Source: Vicugna vicugna | Lineage: Eukaryota | Assembly (NCBI GenBank): GCA_013265495.1 | Contig: MU058636.1 | Location: 2,604,001 to 2,668,000 of the forward strand | Direction: 5' to 3' | DNA: 64,000 bases | In this document: positions 1-10,983 of the stretch, one piece after another | Layout: each line of letters begins with the position of its first letter | Position numbering within the stretch: the stretch's first letter is position 1 | The notes under the pieces: generated by a model | Seen by the model: the letters and a program-made list of their open reading frames with translations, nothing else | Database searches by the model: none | Told to the model about the DNA's origin: nothing | Translations under genes and position numbers: made by a program

Positions 1-185
1 TGTGGTCAGCGAGGAGCGGGGAGCACCCAGAAAGCCCAGGGAGGGAGAGCTTGATGGATGCAAGGTCAGTCAGTGCTATCTGTGCTGCAGAGGTGGATGA
101 TTCAATATTGAGAAAGGTGGGCCTGCAGACTTAGTGAGGAGGAGGTCACTGGTGGCTTGGAAGTTAGTGTGAACACAATGCATGA

Positions 186-1030
186 ATGCAAATCAAAACT
201 ACAGTGAGGTATCACTTCACACCAGTCAGAATGGCCATCATTAAAAAGTCCACAACAGATAAACGCTGAAGAGGGTGTGAAGAAAAGGGAACATTGTTGG
301 TGGGAATGTACTTTGGTGCAACCATTATGGAAAGCAGTATGGAGATTCCTCAGAAAACTAAAAATACGCTTACCCTATGATCCAGCAATCCCACTCCTGG
401 GTATAGACCCAGAGGGAACTCTAATTTGAAAGGACATCTGCACCCCAATGTTCATAGCAGCACTATATACAATAGACAAGACATGGAAACAACCTAAATG
501 TCCATCAACAGATGACTGGACAAAGAAGATGTGGTATGTTTATACAATGGAATACTGCTTGGCCATAAAAAAGAATAAAATAATGCCATCTGCTGCAACA
601 CGGATGGACCTGGAGATTGTCATTCGAAGTGAAGTAAGCCAGAAAGAGAAAGAAAAATGCCATATGATACCACTCGTATGTGGAGTCTAAAAAAAACAAA
701 AACACAGACACAGATGAACCTATTTACAAAGCAGAAACAGACACACAGGCATAGAAAACAAATTTATGGCTACCAATGGGGGAAGGGGGTGGGAAGGGAT
801 AAATTGGGAGTTCAAGATTTGCAGACACTAACTACTATATATAAATAAAAATAAACAAGTTTCTACTGTATAGCATAGGGAACTATATTCAATATCTTGT
901 ATCATGAAAAAGAATGTATAAAGGAATATATGTATGTATATGTATGACTGAAACATTACGCTGTACATTGGAAATGGACACATTGTAAACTGACTACACT
1001 CCAAAAAAAAGAACAACAATAAAAATAATT
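186..1030 (+). mobile_element. LINE-1 3' fragment (ORF2 C-terminus, 3'UTR, A-rich tail), artiodactyl-type, 5'-truncated
   Basis: ORF 448..690 ([36 protein letters not shown]) is the L1 ORF2p C-terminus. It is followed by an L1 3'UTR and A-tail. Possible degenerate TSD: AATGCATGAA / AATGCACGAA. Confidence 0.95.
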
Positions 1031-2062
1031 GTGACAAAAATGCACGAAGGCAGAAATCAGGTTACAAGAGGGTAAGGGAGGTGAAGGTAAAGAATATAGA
1101 TTAATGTTAAGAATTTTGGTGGAGGATAGGGAAAAGGCGGTGGCTCAGCAGAGGAGCAGGGCAAGTTGTTTTGTGTTTGGTTTGATTTTTTTTCCCTTAG
1201 CATACACAAGGGTGCTTATGATCTGAGAAGAGGTATCCAGTAGTAAGGAGGACTGAAGATGAGATGAAAGTAAGTGCATATGATAGATGGAGCAATTCCT
1301 GGAGCAAAGAGGAGGAATGCTGTCAAATGCAAGTGGAGAGGGTGACCAGGAAGACAGAAAGAAAGGGATAAAGGATGAGTGTAGAGAAATGTTGGGCAGA
1401 AGGAAAGGAGTTTCAAGTTCACATGAGGTTCTTTATTTGTCCCAGGTAATTAAAAAGTAGGGTTTTTCGCAAAGAGCAAACATGACAGAGTTGGGATTTC
1501 ATAAAGTAAAAAGGGATGTAATGGTTATCTGGAGAGATGCAGTGAGTCAGAAAGAGGTGAAGGGAGAATTTGGAGAGTTGCATGAAGGCCAGAGTGAAGT
1601 TGGAGAACATGATTTTATACTGGAGACAATACCAGATTTTAGGACTGTGCCCAGTGATGTGGTGAATTACATTCTCCCCTGTTGTCCCTGTTGCTGTGAG
1701 TTAGAGCAATTCAAATTCTAGGGTGGGTATATCATGTCCCAGGGGCTTTGAGTCAACTGATACTTAAATGCAACTCCACGGAAGCAGAGGTGCTGGTTGA
1801 AGAGGGAGGTAGAGAGTCCCAAGCCTTCTCCACCTTTCCCGCATCCCATTCCAACCCCAGAGAAATTCCATGAAGCATAACAGAAATCACTGGTTTTGTG
1901 GTAAATATGTCTAGTTGGCTCAAGAACTGGAGATGGAATTCACTGTTACAGGCAAAAGGGTAAAATTCCCTTCTAAAATATAAATTTCTAATTATCGTTG
2001 TCAAGAAAGGCATTTTTCGGCTTGCTGGTTTGTAGTAGGGTCCCGTGTGTCTGTGGAGCATC

Positions 2063-2240
2063 GTTGTTCAATAGTGCTTTCTGTGATGGTGAAGTACACC
2101 ATGTCTGTATTTCTGATACAGTAGCCACTGGTCCTGTGGGGCTGTTGAGCCACTGAAATGTGGGTGGTATAACTGAGGAGCTGACGTCTAAATTTTAATG
2201 ACTTTAAATAGCCACATGGCTAAGGGTGGTGGCTACTCAA
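2063..2240. mobile_element. MER3-like hAT-Charlie DNA transposon fossil
   Basis: Contains caatag..ttctgtgatg, gtagccact..ttgagccactgaaatgtgg..actgaggagctga and tttaaatagccacatggcta, matching the MER3 layout as recalled. Confidence 0.7.
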
Positions 2241-2637
2241 TTCTAGATTTATCATCAGTTTGGATTTTCTTAAAGATATGATAGTACTGACCATCTTTAA
2301 GATTCGTAGTGACAGGGGTTTCTTCCTCCGTGTGGAGGCATCCCACACGGATCCCTGAAGACCAGAGCTTTGGGCTCCTTGGCTGGTGACGTAGAACTAA
2401 TGAAGATCCCATGGTTAATCTCTGTAAAGCCCTTGTTAGGGCTGGGGAGACTTTTCTAAAACCATGGATGCTGCCTCTATCACTGACTGGTTGCTTTATA
2501 AGTTCATACCATTGCTCACAAGACCAGGTCATAGAAGCTAGAATAAATCATCCTGATGGGGATGAGAGCCATTATCTTCATATGAAAGAATAGTAGAGTG
2601 CGTGTAATTTCATACTTTGATACATTTCATGAAGTAT

Positions 2638-2640
<3 letters not shown>

Positions 2641-2670
<30 letters not shown>
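2641..2670 (+). repeat. (CA)15 microsatellite
   Basis: Perfect CA dinucleotide run seen directly. Confidence 0.98.
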
Positions 2671-2673
<3 letters not shown>

Positions 2674-4129
2674 CTATAATACAATAGCTTAATCCTATTG
2701 TATCTAGACAGAGTGGGGCAATATCTACAGCAGAAGGAAAAAGTGAGGGCAGGGAGAGAGAAATAATTAAGTCGAAGGAAAGATGGAGGGGAGGGCAAAG
2801 AAGGAAAGTGAGGGGATGAGATACCACTGGTGGGAAGTAACCAAGAAGAGGATAAGGAGCTGTCAGTGCTCCATCGGCCTCTTTCTGGTTTCCTTGAAGA
2901 CTCCTTCACGTGTTCCTCCACTCCCTGGCCCTGCCCTCCCCAAGGTGGAGACCCAGTGAGAGCTAGAGTGAAAGCCCAAAGGCAAGGCAGTTCTTTGGAT
3001 CTCTTGAGATGCAGACTTTTGAATTTTCCAGTAAGGAAGCTGCCAGACTGCCAGCCAGAGGAAGTTCTTATATGGCTACTTAGAGATAGAAAGAAAACTT
3101 CGTTTCTGTGAAATGCAAATCTTACCTGGTGAATTTGCTATGCAAACAATAGACCTATTAAATCACTTTCAGTGCCTTGCGTTGTACGTTCTGGAACAAG
3201 AGCAGCCTGAATTAAAAATAAGACAGGACGCGAGAGAAACATACAGGATAAATGAAGTGCAATGTAGATTTTTATCCGTCAGCAAGTACCCGCAGCTGAA
3301 ATGAAATATTATGGGCCTTGTGATTAAGCATGTCTGGGTCCCATGAATGCTATGAGTGCTATTAATACGTGACTCTTCAACCGAGAGACACCAGCATTGC
3401 TATCAGGACAGTGTGTTAACTTTTGGAGGCTAAACTGACATGCTTTGTTGAATGTTCTTGCACAGGAAAATGTGTGCAGATTGTATATGTGACCATCTGG
3501 GTCCCTGTGGTGATTTCAGTAGATAGATTTGCCAACTGGGGCTCCCCTGTCCTTGAGCAGTGTATGCACTTGGGAATTTGGCATTGACATCTGAAAGTTC
3601 CGTTCTGGCCATGTTACGTAACAATGATGTTGACCAGGCTACATGTCAACCGGCCACATGCTTGGGGTCACCAGTAACCAGAGTCACTAAAAACCAGATG
3701 TTCTGCTTTGTTCTTCTTTAAATTGAGTTCGTCTTGCCAAAAATCACACACAAAAAAGAGGACTGCTTTAAATGTTGGAAAAATTGTTTGTGTATATGGA
3801 GATAACGTATCTTTTGTACCTTGGTATCTAATACAGCTTCCATAACTGTATATGGAAATGAATTTTATTGGTTGTCTTTCAATTTGCAAGGTAGGGAGAC
3901 GTCAGGAGAGTGGGGAGAGCCAGGAATGCGGGACCCTCCCCTCTGCTCTGTCCCCCGCTCTGTGCGGCCTTAGGTGATCCGCTTGGCTTGCTGGGGCCTT
4001 GTCTGCTTCATTGGTAAGACAGACATTTGGACTCGGTGATAGACGACACTCCTTCTAAATGAGTCTTTTAAAAGAGCTCATGGTGTCAGGCTCCAGGACA
4101 GGACATGTGAATTTATTTCACTCAGCGGT

Positions 4130-4330
4130 TGTGGGGCCGTAACAGTCCAGTGACATCCTTCGGGTCAGGCAGACACGACGGCGGGCGGTGGCGGAGCCTC
4201 TCCTGTTTCCCGTGCGGGTATCTGGGAGCAACGTGGAAGCACGTGGGCCGGGCTCCACGCCTGGTGGGCGGGCCCCGGCGGCGCTGCTGCGTTGGGGCCG
4301 CGTGGGGTTCGGTCCCGAGATCTGCTTGTC
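4130..4330. other. Small CpG-rich, GC-rich patch
   Basis: Dense CpGs, e.g. gacggcgggcggtggcgg and gggcgggccccggcggcgc. Shorter than a typical promoter CpG island. Confidence 0.6.
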
Positions 4331-6689
4331 AGACAGTTCAGGACTTTGTGAAGACAGCAGGGATACGTGAGAATCATTTAACCCATAAGATAGAATTAGT
4401 TGCCTTTACTGTGTATTACCTTTACCCTAAATATATTCAGTAAATGTAGATTATATGCAGCAGGTTCTGATGTGAAAGTCGGGCTCTTCCTCCCTGAGGA
4501 ACTGGTGGGGACCTTCTCCCAGTGCGGCTAAGACTTGGCAATTCCACTCTCTCACCAGCCCTTAGTCTGTGGTTCCATTTATGTGCTAATTCAAAGTGGA
4601 CCCAAGTGAAGAGTCCTGTCACCGTCTTGCTAAGGAGGTTTACTTCTTACAGTAAGTTCCAGGAAATGTCCTCGCTCCCTTTTCTTTCCCACACGAGAGC
4701 ATCTCTTTGCTGTGCCCACATTGTTTTCTCTGATTTGAGGGCTTTGTTCTCTTTCTGGGTGTTGGGCTTCCTGAGGGCAAAGAATGAGATATTTCACAAT
4801 CCTTTTTCTTAGGTAACTTCTTAACACGGATCACGGACGTCTCCGGGAGAAACGTGGATGCTGTACACACAGATTTCGCGTCTCCCTCCCTGCTGTCCTC
4901 AGGGGACTTGGGTTAAGCACATTCTGTCCTGCCCTGAGCAGGCACAGGGCGGTCATTGCTACTGCCCTCCGCATGGCAGCCGAGGGTCACCTGTAGCTCT
5001 GAGAGCTGTGGGGAGGGTTGCCCTGGTCTGTTCCACATTTGCTAGTAACTGTCCGGGAGCTGCAGAGACGGGGGGCTGGGTATCAGCCAATGCTGGGGCC
5101 CCTCCGTGTGTGCGTGTGTGTGTGCGTGAGACGTATGTGTGCATGCATGCACCCTTACTACAGCTTTGCCAAAAGCCACAGTGAAATCTCCCCACCCCCA
5201 CCTCTCACCCTTGTGTGGCAGGTGTGGTAGGAATTGGCCACCCCAGAATCTCCCACTATGGCCGCTGTGACAGAAATCTGAGGCTCGAATCTTTTCCCCA
5301 GCACTCTTTATTAGAAACTGCATGTGGCAGGGAGGTGACAGGCAGACAGCCTCAGCTGTCAACTGCCAACACCCATGTATGCGGACCCCTTTGATTAGAA
5401 AATGAAAAATGCCAACACACCTCGGGTGCTGTCAGCCCCGAGCTGTGCCTCTAAAGTTGGTGGCGACGCAGGGGACTTCTCTTGCCACCTGGTAAGGTTT
5501 CCTAATGAAGGCAAATGAGCCTGGAAGGACTGTCAGGATGGTTTCACTGAACAGATATGCTCATTAAGCTGGAGGTCAAGGAGCAGGTGTTGTTCCAAGC
5601 AAGTGTTATTAGTTTGTGCCCAACAGCGGCTCTGAGGGTGCATGAGAAACCGTCAGGTTCTTCCTAGATTTTATCACAGTTGAGGAGAGGACGAGCTCAC
5701 TGCCTAGTGACTGGTTACTTGTCCAGAAAACATGAGTTCCCTTTGGCTAGTCCTTTGTATGCCTTGGGCGTCCTCATACATCGCACTGGCTTCCTTCTTC
5801 CCATGTCCTTACTGGTCTGTCCCGTCCAGGAGCCTTTGTTTACCATCATCGAAGTCCACACTGGCACCTTAGATCTTATCCAAGTGAGCCTGACGATGCT
5901 ACAGAGAAGGAGATGGCTGTAAGGAGAGGTGGGGTGACTTTTATCACCACCCCAGGGTGAGTTGGCGATGAGCCCAGGGCTGGTACCTCAGTCTGATGCC
6001 TCATCCCATCACCCACCCCAAGGTGAGAGCCACTAAATGTCACGCTAGGGATAATCAGAGGAATGTATACTTGTTCCTTGTGTAGCTTGAGTCTTTGGAC
6101 AAGGAGGTTCTATCCTTGAGGTCCTGCAACATAAATTGGCAGCAGGTAGAGTCTAACCATTTTTTCCCGTGATGTTCCCTTTGCTGAGTATCTGCAGGAA
6201 GCCGAGTTCAGCTGCCCGTAGTGCACGGGAGCCCGTTAGCCGTGTGTATAGCCAGCTGAGGTTCTGCCCACGGGAGCCGTCCCTGAGACCAGGCCGGGTG
6301 GGGGTGTGAGGGTTGTGTGCTGGGCACAGAAACTAGTGAGACCCTGTGTTCCTTCTCCCAGACTTCCGGAGAGGCCTCAAGGTGGAGTGAAGGCTAACTA
6401 GGAGTTCAGAAAACATGCATCTAGACGCTGCCCTGGGCTGTCACCTTGGACAGATCACATCATCGCTGTGGATGTCCAGTGTCCTTCCAGTCAAGTCAGG
6501 GTTGAGACCGTGGCTTCTGTGTCTCTACTCTGGTCCCAAGACTCCAGAGCTGGAGGTTCTCAGGGGGCTCTAGCGGCATGAGTTTGTGCCTTCTTACATT
6601 TTCATTCAGAAACTGTAAGGAGAAACCACTTACGTTTCACATATAGTTTTTCTCTGTTACAACCGAAGGACATGCAGGTTATGCTGTCT

Positions 6690-6965
6690 GTATACAGTAT
6701 GGTTAACAATACTGTATTGCATGTTTGGAAGTCACTAAGAGAGTTGATCTTAAAAGTTCTCCTCATGAGTTATAAGTCGACTACACTTCAATAGCAGTAA
6801 GAAAAGAAAGTCCTCATCACGAGAAAAAAAGTTTCTAGCTATATGAGGTGATGAATCTTAACTAAACGTGCTGTGATGGTCATTTCACAGCATCCACATG
6901 TGTCAAGTCATGTTGTACACCTAGAGCTTGTCACAGTTGTATGTCAATTGTATCTCAATTAAGCA
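6690..6965 (+). mobile_element. Old L1 (L1MA/MB-type) 3'UTR end, interrupted by a tiny younger L1 tail
   Basis: gttaacaatactgtattg..gatcttaaaagttctc..atgttgtacacct..tatgtcaattgtatctcaat is a typical L1MA/MB 3' terminus. Confidence 0.8.
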
Positions 6966-7891
6966 ACAAAGATAAATGCCTAGATTTCTTTCTACTTTAA
7001 TGTTAATCACTAGAATTACTGGAGACTTATAAATATGTTTGTTGACTTATGTTTTCTAAACATGGGGGATGAAATGAAAGAAAAGAAGAAAAAAGAAGAG
7101 GGAAATATGTCACATTTTTAAAAGAAGAGAAGGAAAAAAAAGGTTAATCATCTTGTTGTTACCAAGGGCCAGAGAAATCTGAGGAGGAAGTGAGGGGGGC
7201 GCTCATCACCCAAGGACGGCCTGATGCCCCTGGAGTCTGGTGTGCATTGCAGTTCCCTCCGCTATTGAATTCAGTTACTTCTGGCAATGAGATCGAAGTG
7301 GGGCAGAAATCATTTTTGCAGCATCCGAACAAAAATTAAAAGATGAAAGGAGGCTGTATGAAATAATTAATATGGCAAGAAAAAGCCGAACCTGCTTAGT
7401 TCAGAAACGACTTGGATAAAAGCCTCTGTTATAAGTTATGTCATGTTGTGAAACAGACAATACATGGAACAACATGCCAGATTGCTTCCCTAACCAAGTG
7501 GAAGAACATTTGAAATGCCCCATTTTCCCTATTTCTCAAGGGAGTGTTATTTCAGTGATAATAAAATTCCCCATAATTCCCTATTACTTTTCAAGAGATA
7601 ACAATATAGATGTTTTATGAGACATCGATAAGAAAGAGCTCTCACTTATCCCTAAGAAAACCGTCTTAGTGTTAAGCTGGACAGGTGTTGTCAGGCATGG
7701 ATTCCTGAAAATGTCATTGATCACTCTCATAGTCAGAAGACTCCGGAAATATTGATGAAGAGCCCATTGCTTTTGTCCTGTGCTGGGTGCTTGAGGAACA
7801 AGGTAGAAACATGTGTGGAAAATGAGGGTCTGGGCACTGAGAAGCTTACATTTATGTTCTGTGTGTGTATATGTTTAAAGACTTCTCTCCA

Positions 7892-7993
7892 GGGGAAGGA
7901 AAATAGCTCAGTGGTTGAGCTCATGCTTAGTGTGCGTGAGGTCCTGAGTTCAATCCCCAGTACCTCCATTAAAAAAATTTAATTTAATTTAAA
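7892..7993 (+). mobile_element. tRNA-derived SINE, camelid Vic-1-like
   Basis: GGGGAAGG..TAGCTCAGTGG (A box) ..GAGTTCAATCCC (B box) ..CAGTACCTCC followed by an A/T tail. TSD AAAGACTTCTC at 7877-7887 and 7994-8004. Confidence 0.85.
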
Positions 7994-8159
7994 AAAGACT
8001 TCTCACGATAAAATTAATTTTATATAAGGGATTAGACAGATGGATAGATAAATTGATTGGTTCTAGACAGGCAATGTCACATAGATAAACATGGGGAATT
8101 TTATAGATGCATTTCCTGAACTGTGAATTGAGCCCCTCTGTTGGGCTGGTCTTGAGGAG

Positions 8160-8632
8160 GTGTTTGTTCATAGCACCATTCATTATTCACAACAGTCAAG
8201 AAGTGGAAGCAATCCGAATGTCCATTGATGGCTGAATGGATAAACAAAATTTGGTCTATACATATAATAGAATATTAATCAGCTTTATCAAGGAAGGAAA
8301 TTCCACAGATAAACCTTGGGGAGATTATACTCAATGAAAAAAGCCAGACAAAAAGGGACAAATACTGTATGAGTCCTCATATATGACTAGTGTAGTCAGA
8401 ATCATAGAGACGGAGAACAGAATGGTGGTCGCCGGGGCTGGGGGGAGGGGAGTGGAGAGTTGTTTGATGGGGACGGAGTTTCAGTTTTGCCAGATGAGGA
8501 GAGTGCTGGGGGTGGTAGTGATGGTTGCACAACAGTGTGAGTGTACTGATGCCACACAACTGTGGACTTAAAGACGGTGAAGACGGTACATTTTAAGTTA
8601 TGTCTATTTGACCACAATTTAAAAATAAATTT
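8160..8632 (+). mobile_element. L1MB-like 3' end
   Basis: gttcatagca..aagtggaagcaatccgaatgtccattgatggctgaatggataaacaaaat..gagtttcagttttg..gatggttgcacaaca..tgatgccac, then an A-rich end. Confidence 0.85.
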
Positions 8633-10064
8633 AATAGAATCTGGTGAGAGCCGGTGATAAAGTAGCTACTCAGGAAATAGAAAACTGGATCAAGTGGGTC
8701 AGGATGTCATTTTGATGTCATTTTGATGACTTCTGGACAGCTGTAGGGCCAGTGGGGTGTCCGGTGTTACATCCAATAGCAGGAGCATCTTGTGGGTAAA
8801 TATCCTGTATAAACGTGCAGTCTGGGTGTGTGGTGGGCACCCCACTCAGCTTCGAGAACAGCTTCATCAGTTTGAAAAGAAGTAGCTGCTCCAGGAGTTT
8901 GAAGTTCAGCCTAAGAAACACTTGGGGTTGCCAGGCAACCTCTGACTGCTGTCAACAGGAGCACATCTAACCTTCATTCTGTCATTGCCTGAAGTGATAG
9001 GAGAATGTTGACTCTCCATGTTTTCGTTTCTTCCTATGCGCATGAAAAACGTAAACACCTGGACTGTCCAGTGCTGGGCTCTTCCCACAAGGACGGCGTT
9101 CCATGTAGCAGCTCCCACGTCTTGACTTCTTTGCCAGATGTCTTCCAGGAGGCCAGGGGCCGCAGGTGGTGCCTGCCTCCGGGTTTACGCCTTGAGGGCT
9201 GTGCGTTATACACACAAGATGTTCTGAAGTCACTCAGTGAAATAACACCACGCGATGGCAAACTTTTTCTTTAACGATGATTTTGTTTTTCTTAATCTGG
9301 AGGACTTCTTTTGGTTAAGCTTAGGGAGAAGAAAAGGCAGTGGTCGGATTACTCATTGTACTTCTGCACAGAGCAACAGACAGACGAAAACGAGAGAGCT
9401 TTCGGTTTGAAGCCTTCTCTTACTAATGCCTGTGATCCACAAAAATGGTCTCAGTAGGAAATGTTAAAACTTGAAGTGACTCAATTGCATTGGCCAAAGG
9501 CTACGTACGAAAGAAAAGAGATTCTCTTTGCTTCTCAAACGAGGGCTGTGTGTTCTACTCTGACTACAGCCTTCTTGGTGTTTGACTATATCTGGAGCAG
9601 ACCAGTGAGGAATAGCGGGAGCATGTGAATTATTCTGACACTCAGTTTCTTGCTCCAAATGCCCAAAATCAGGTTGGTGGGCAGTCCTGGCATGTGCACT
9701 TGCTCTTTACCTTAACTCTGCTCTTTCCTGGGAGCCCACGTGACTGACCCACCCATCACGTGATCTCGCCTCTGGGATTCCAGAGCCTCAATCCCGTGCT
9801 GACAGTTCCCGCCAGGAACCTTTGTGCTCCATCCACGCTGATCGGGGCCATTCCTCCCACCTTTCCTCTCTCACCCCGTTTCCCACCCAGGCTGCTCCGA
9901 ACCCCCCCACTCTCTGTGGGGTTCCTGCCTAACTGCTCTCTGGCCCTCTCTCCGCGCTCATCCTGAGCTTTCTCTTCTGTTTCTGCCTGAAGCTAAAAGT
10001 AATTTCTTAATCTGTGTCCTTGACTCCAGCTCCTCGCGTAGCCTGCGGACCCTTCCTCTAGTGA

Positions 10065-10230
10065 GACGGGCTGGGTTGGGATTCTGCCTAAACTTTTAGG
10101 AGCTGTGGGACCTTGGGAAGTTAGTGGACTTTCTGTACAGCAGCGTTTCATCAGCAAAATGTGGTTGGGGGTCCCTGAGCACGGTGGGTTGGAAGGATTG
10201 AGACGATGTGTGGAAAGCACCTTGAATGGT
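10065..10230 (+). mobile_element. MIR fragment
   Basis: ctgggttgggattc..agctgtgggaccttgggaagtta..tttcatcagcaaaatg resembles the MIR core. Confidence 0.55.
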
Positions 10231-10535
10231 ACCTGACGGAGTCGGCGCCCGGTCAGTGTTCAGTGCTGTGACGCCCAGTTCTCTGCCGCGGGTGCCGGCT
10301 GTGGGACCTCTGCCTGGGGTGCTGGGATGCTGCCCGGGGTCCCGGGAGCTCTTTCTGGGCCCACTTGCTTCCCGCTCGCCGCCTCCCAACCCAGCTGTCA
10401 GACTCCTCCCGCACCCTTCTTCCCTTGCTCTCCAGCCTTTCCGTCTTTACTAGCACTTCCTCCGGGAGCCTGACCTGATTCTATGCCTCCTCTCAGGCCC
10501 AAGTGGGAGTCTGAGGTCTCCCCGGACTTCCCCTC

Positions 10536-10983
10536 TGTGACGGTGAGTGTTGTGTGTCAGCCTGGCTGGACTGGAGCACCGTTTTCCCTCAGACACGAAT
10601 CCTGGTGCTTGATAGATGTGGTTAACATCTGTAATCACTTGAATTTCAGTGAGTGGGACTGGTTATCTCCTATAATCTGGGTGAGCCTCTTTCAATCACT
10701 TCAGAAGCCTTCTGTGCAAAACTGAGGCTCCCTGAAGAAGAACTTCTGCCCCAAGACTGCAACATCCGTTCCCACCTCAGAGTTTCTACCCCACAGGCTT
10801 GCACAGTGGATCTGGGGCTTGCCAGCCCCCGTCACTGTAAGTCAGTTTCTTGGAGTAGCCCCGTGTGCCTGTGTGTGTGTGTGTGTGTGTGAATATTCAT
10901 CTATATTCATATACTCATACACACGTACACATACGTGTTCGTCTTCCGCTGGCTCTGTTTCCCTGGAGAAGCTGCCGGGCACG
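10536..10983 (+). mobile_element. MLT2-type (ERVL) solo LTR with internal (TG)n
   Basis: Starts TGTGACGGTGAGT..GTGTCAGCCTGGCTGG, contains ctgaagaagaacttctgcc..gactgc, and ends ggctctgtttccctggagaa. Confidence 0.75.

Noticed and set aside
1030..1620. Strong purine bias as a triplex or novel element
   Set aside because: Consistent with a diverged antisense L2 body continuing from 1-170 across the L1 insertion; no mirror repeat is evident.
7892..7965. Functional tRNA gene (also considered at 38540-38610)
   Set aside because: The acceptor and anticodon stems are degenerate, and an A-tail and TSDs are present, so these are SINE copies rather than tRNA genes.
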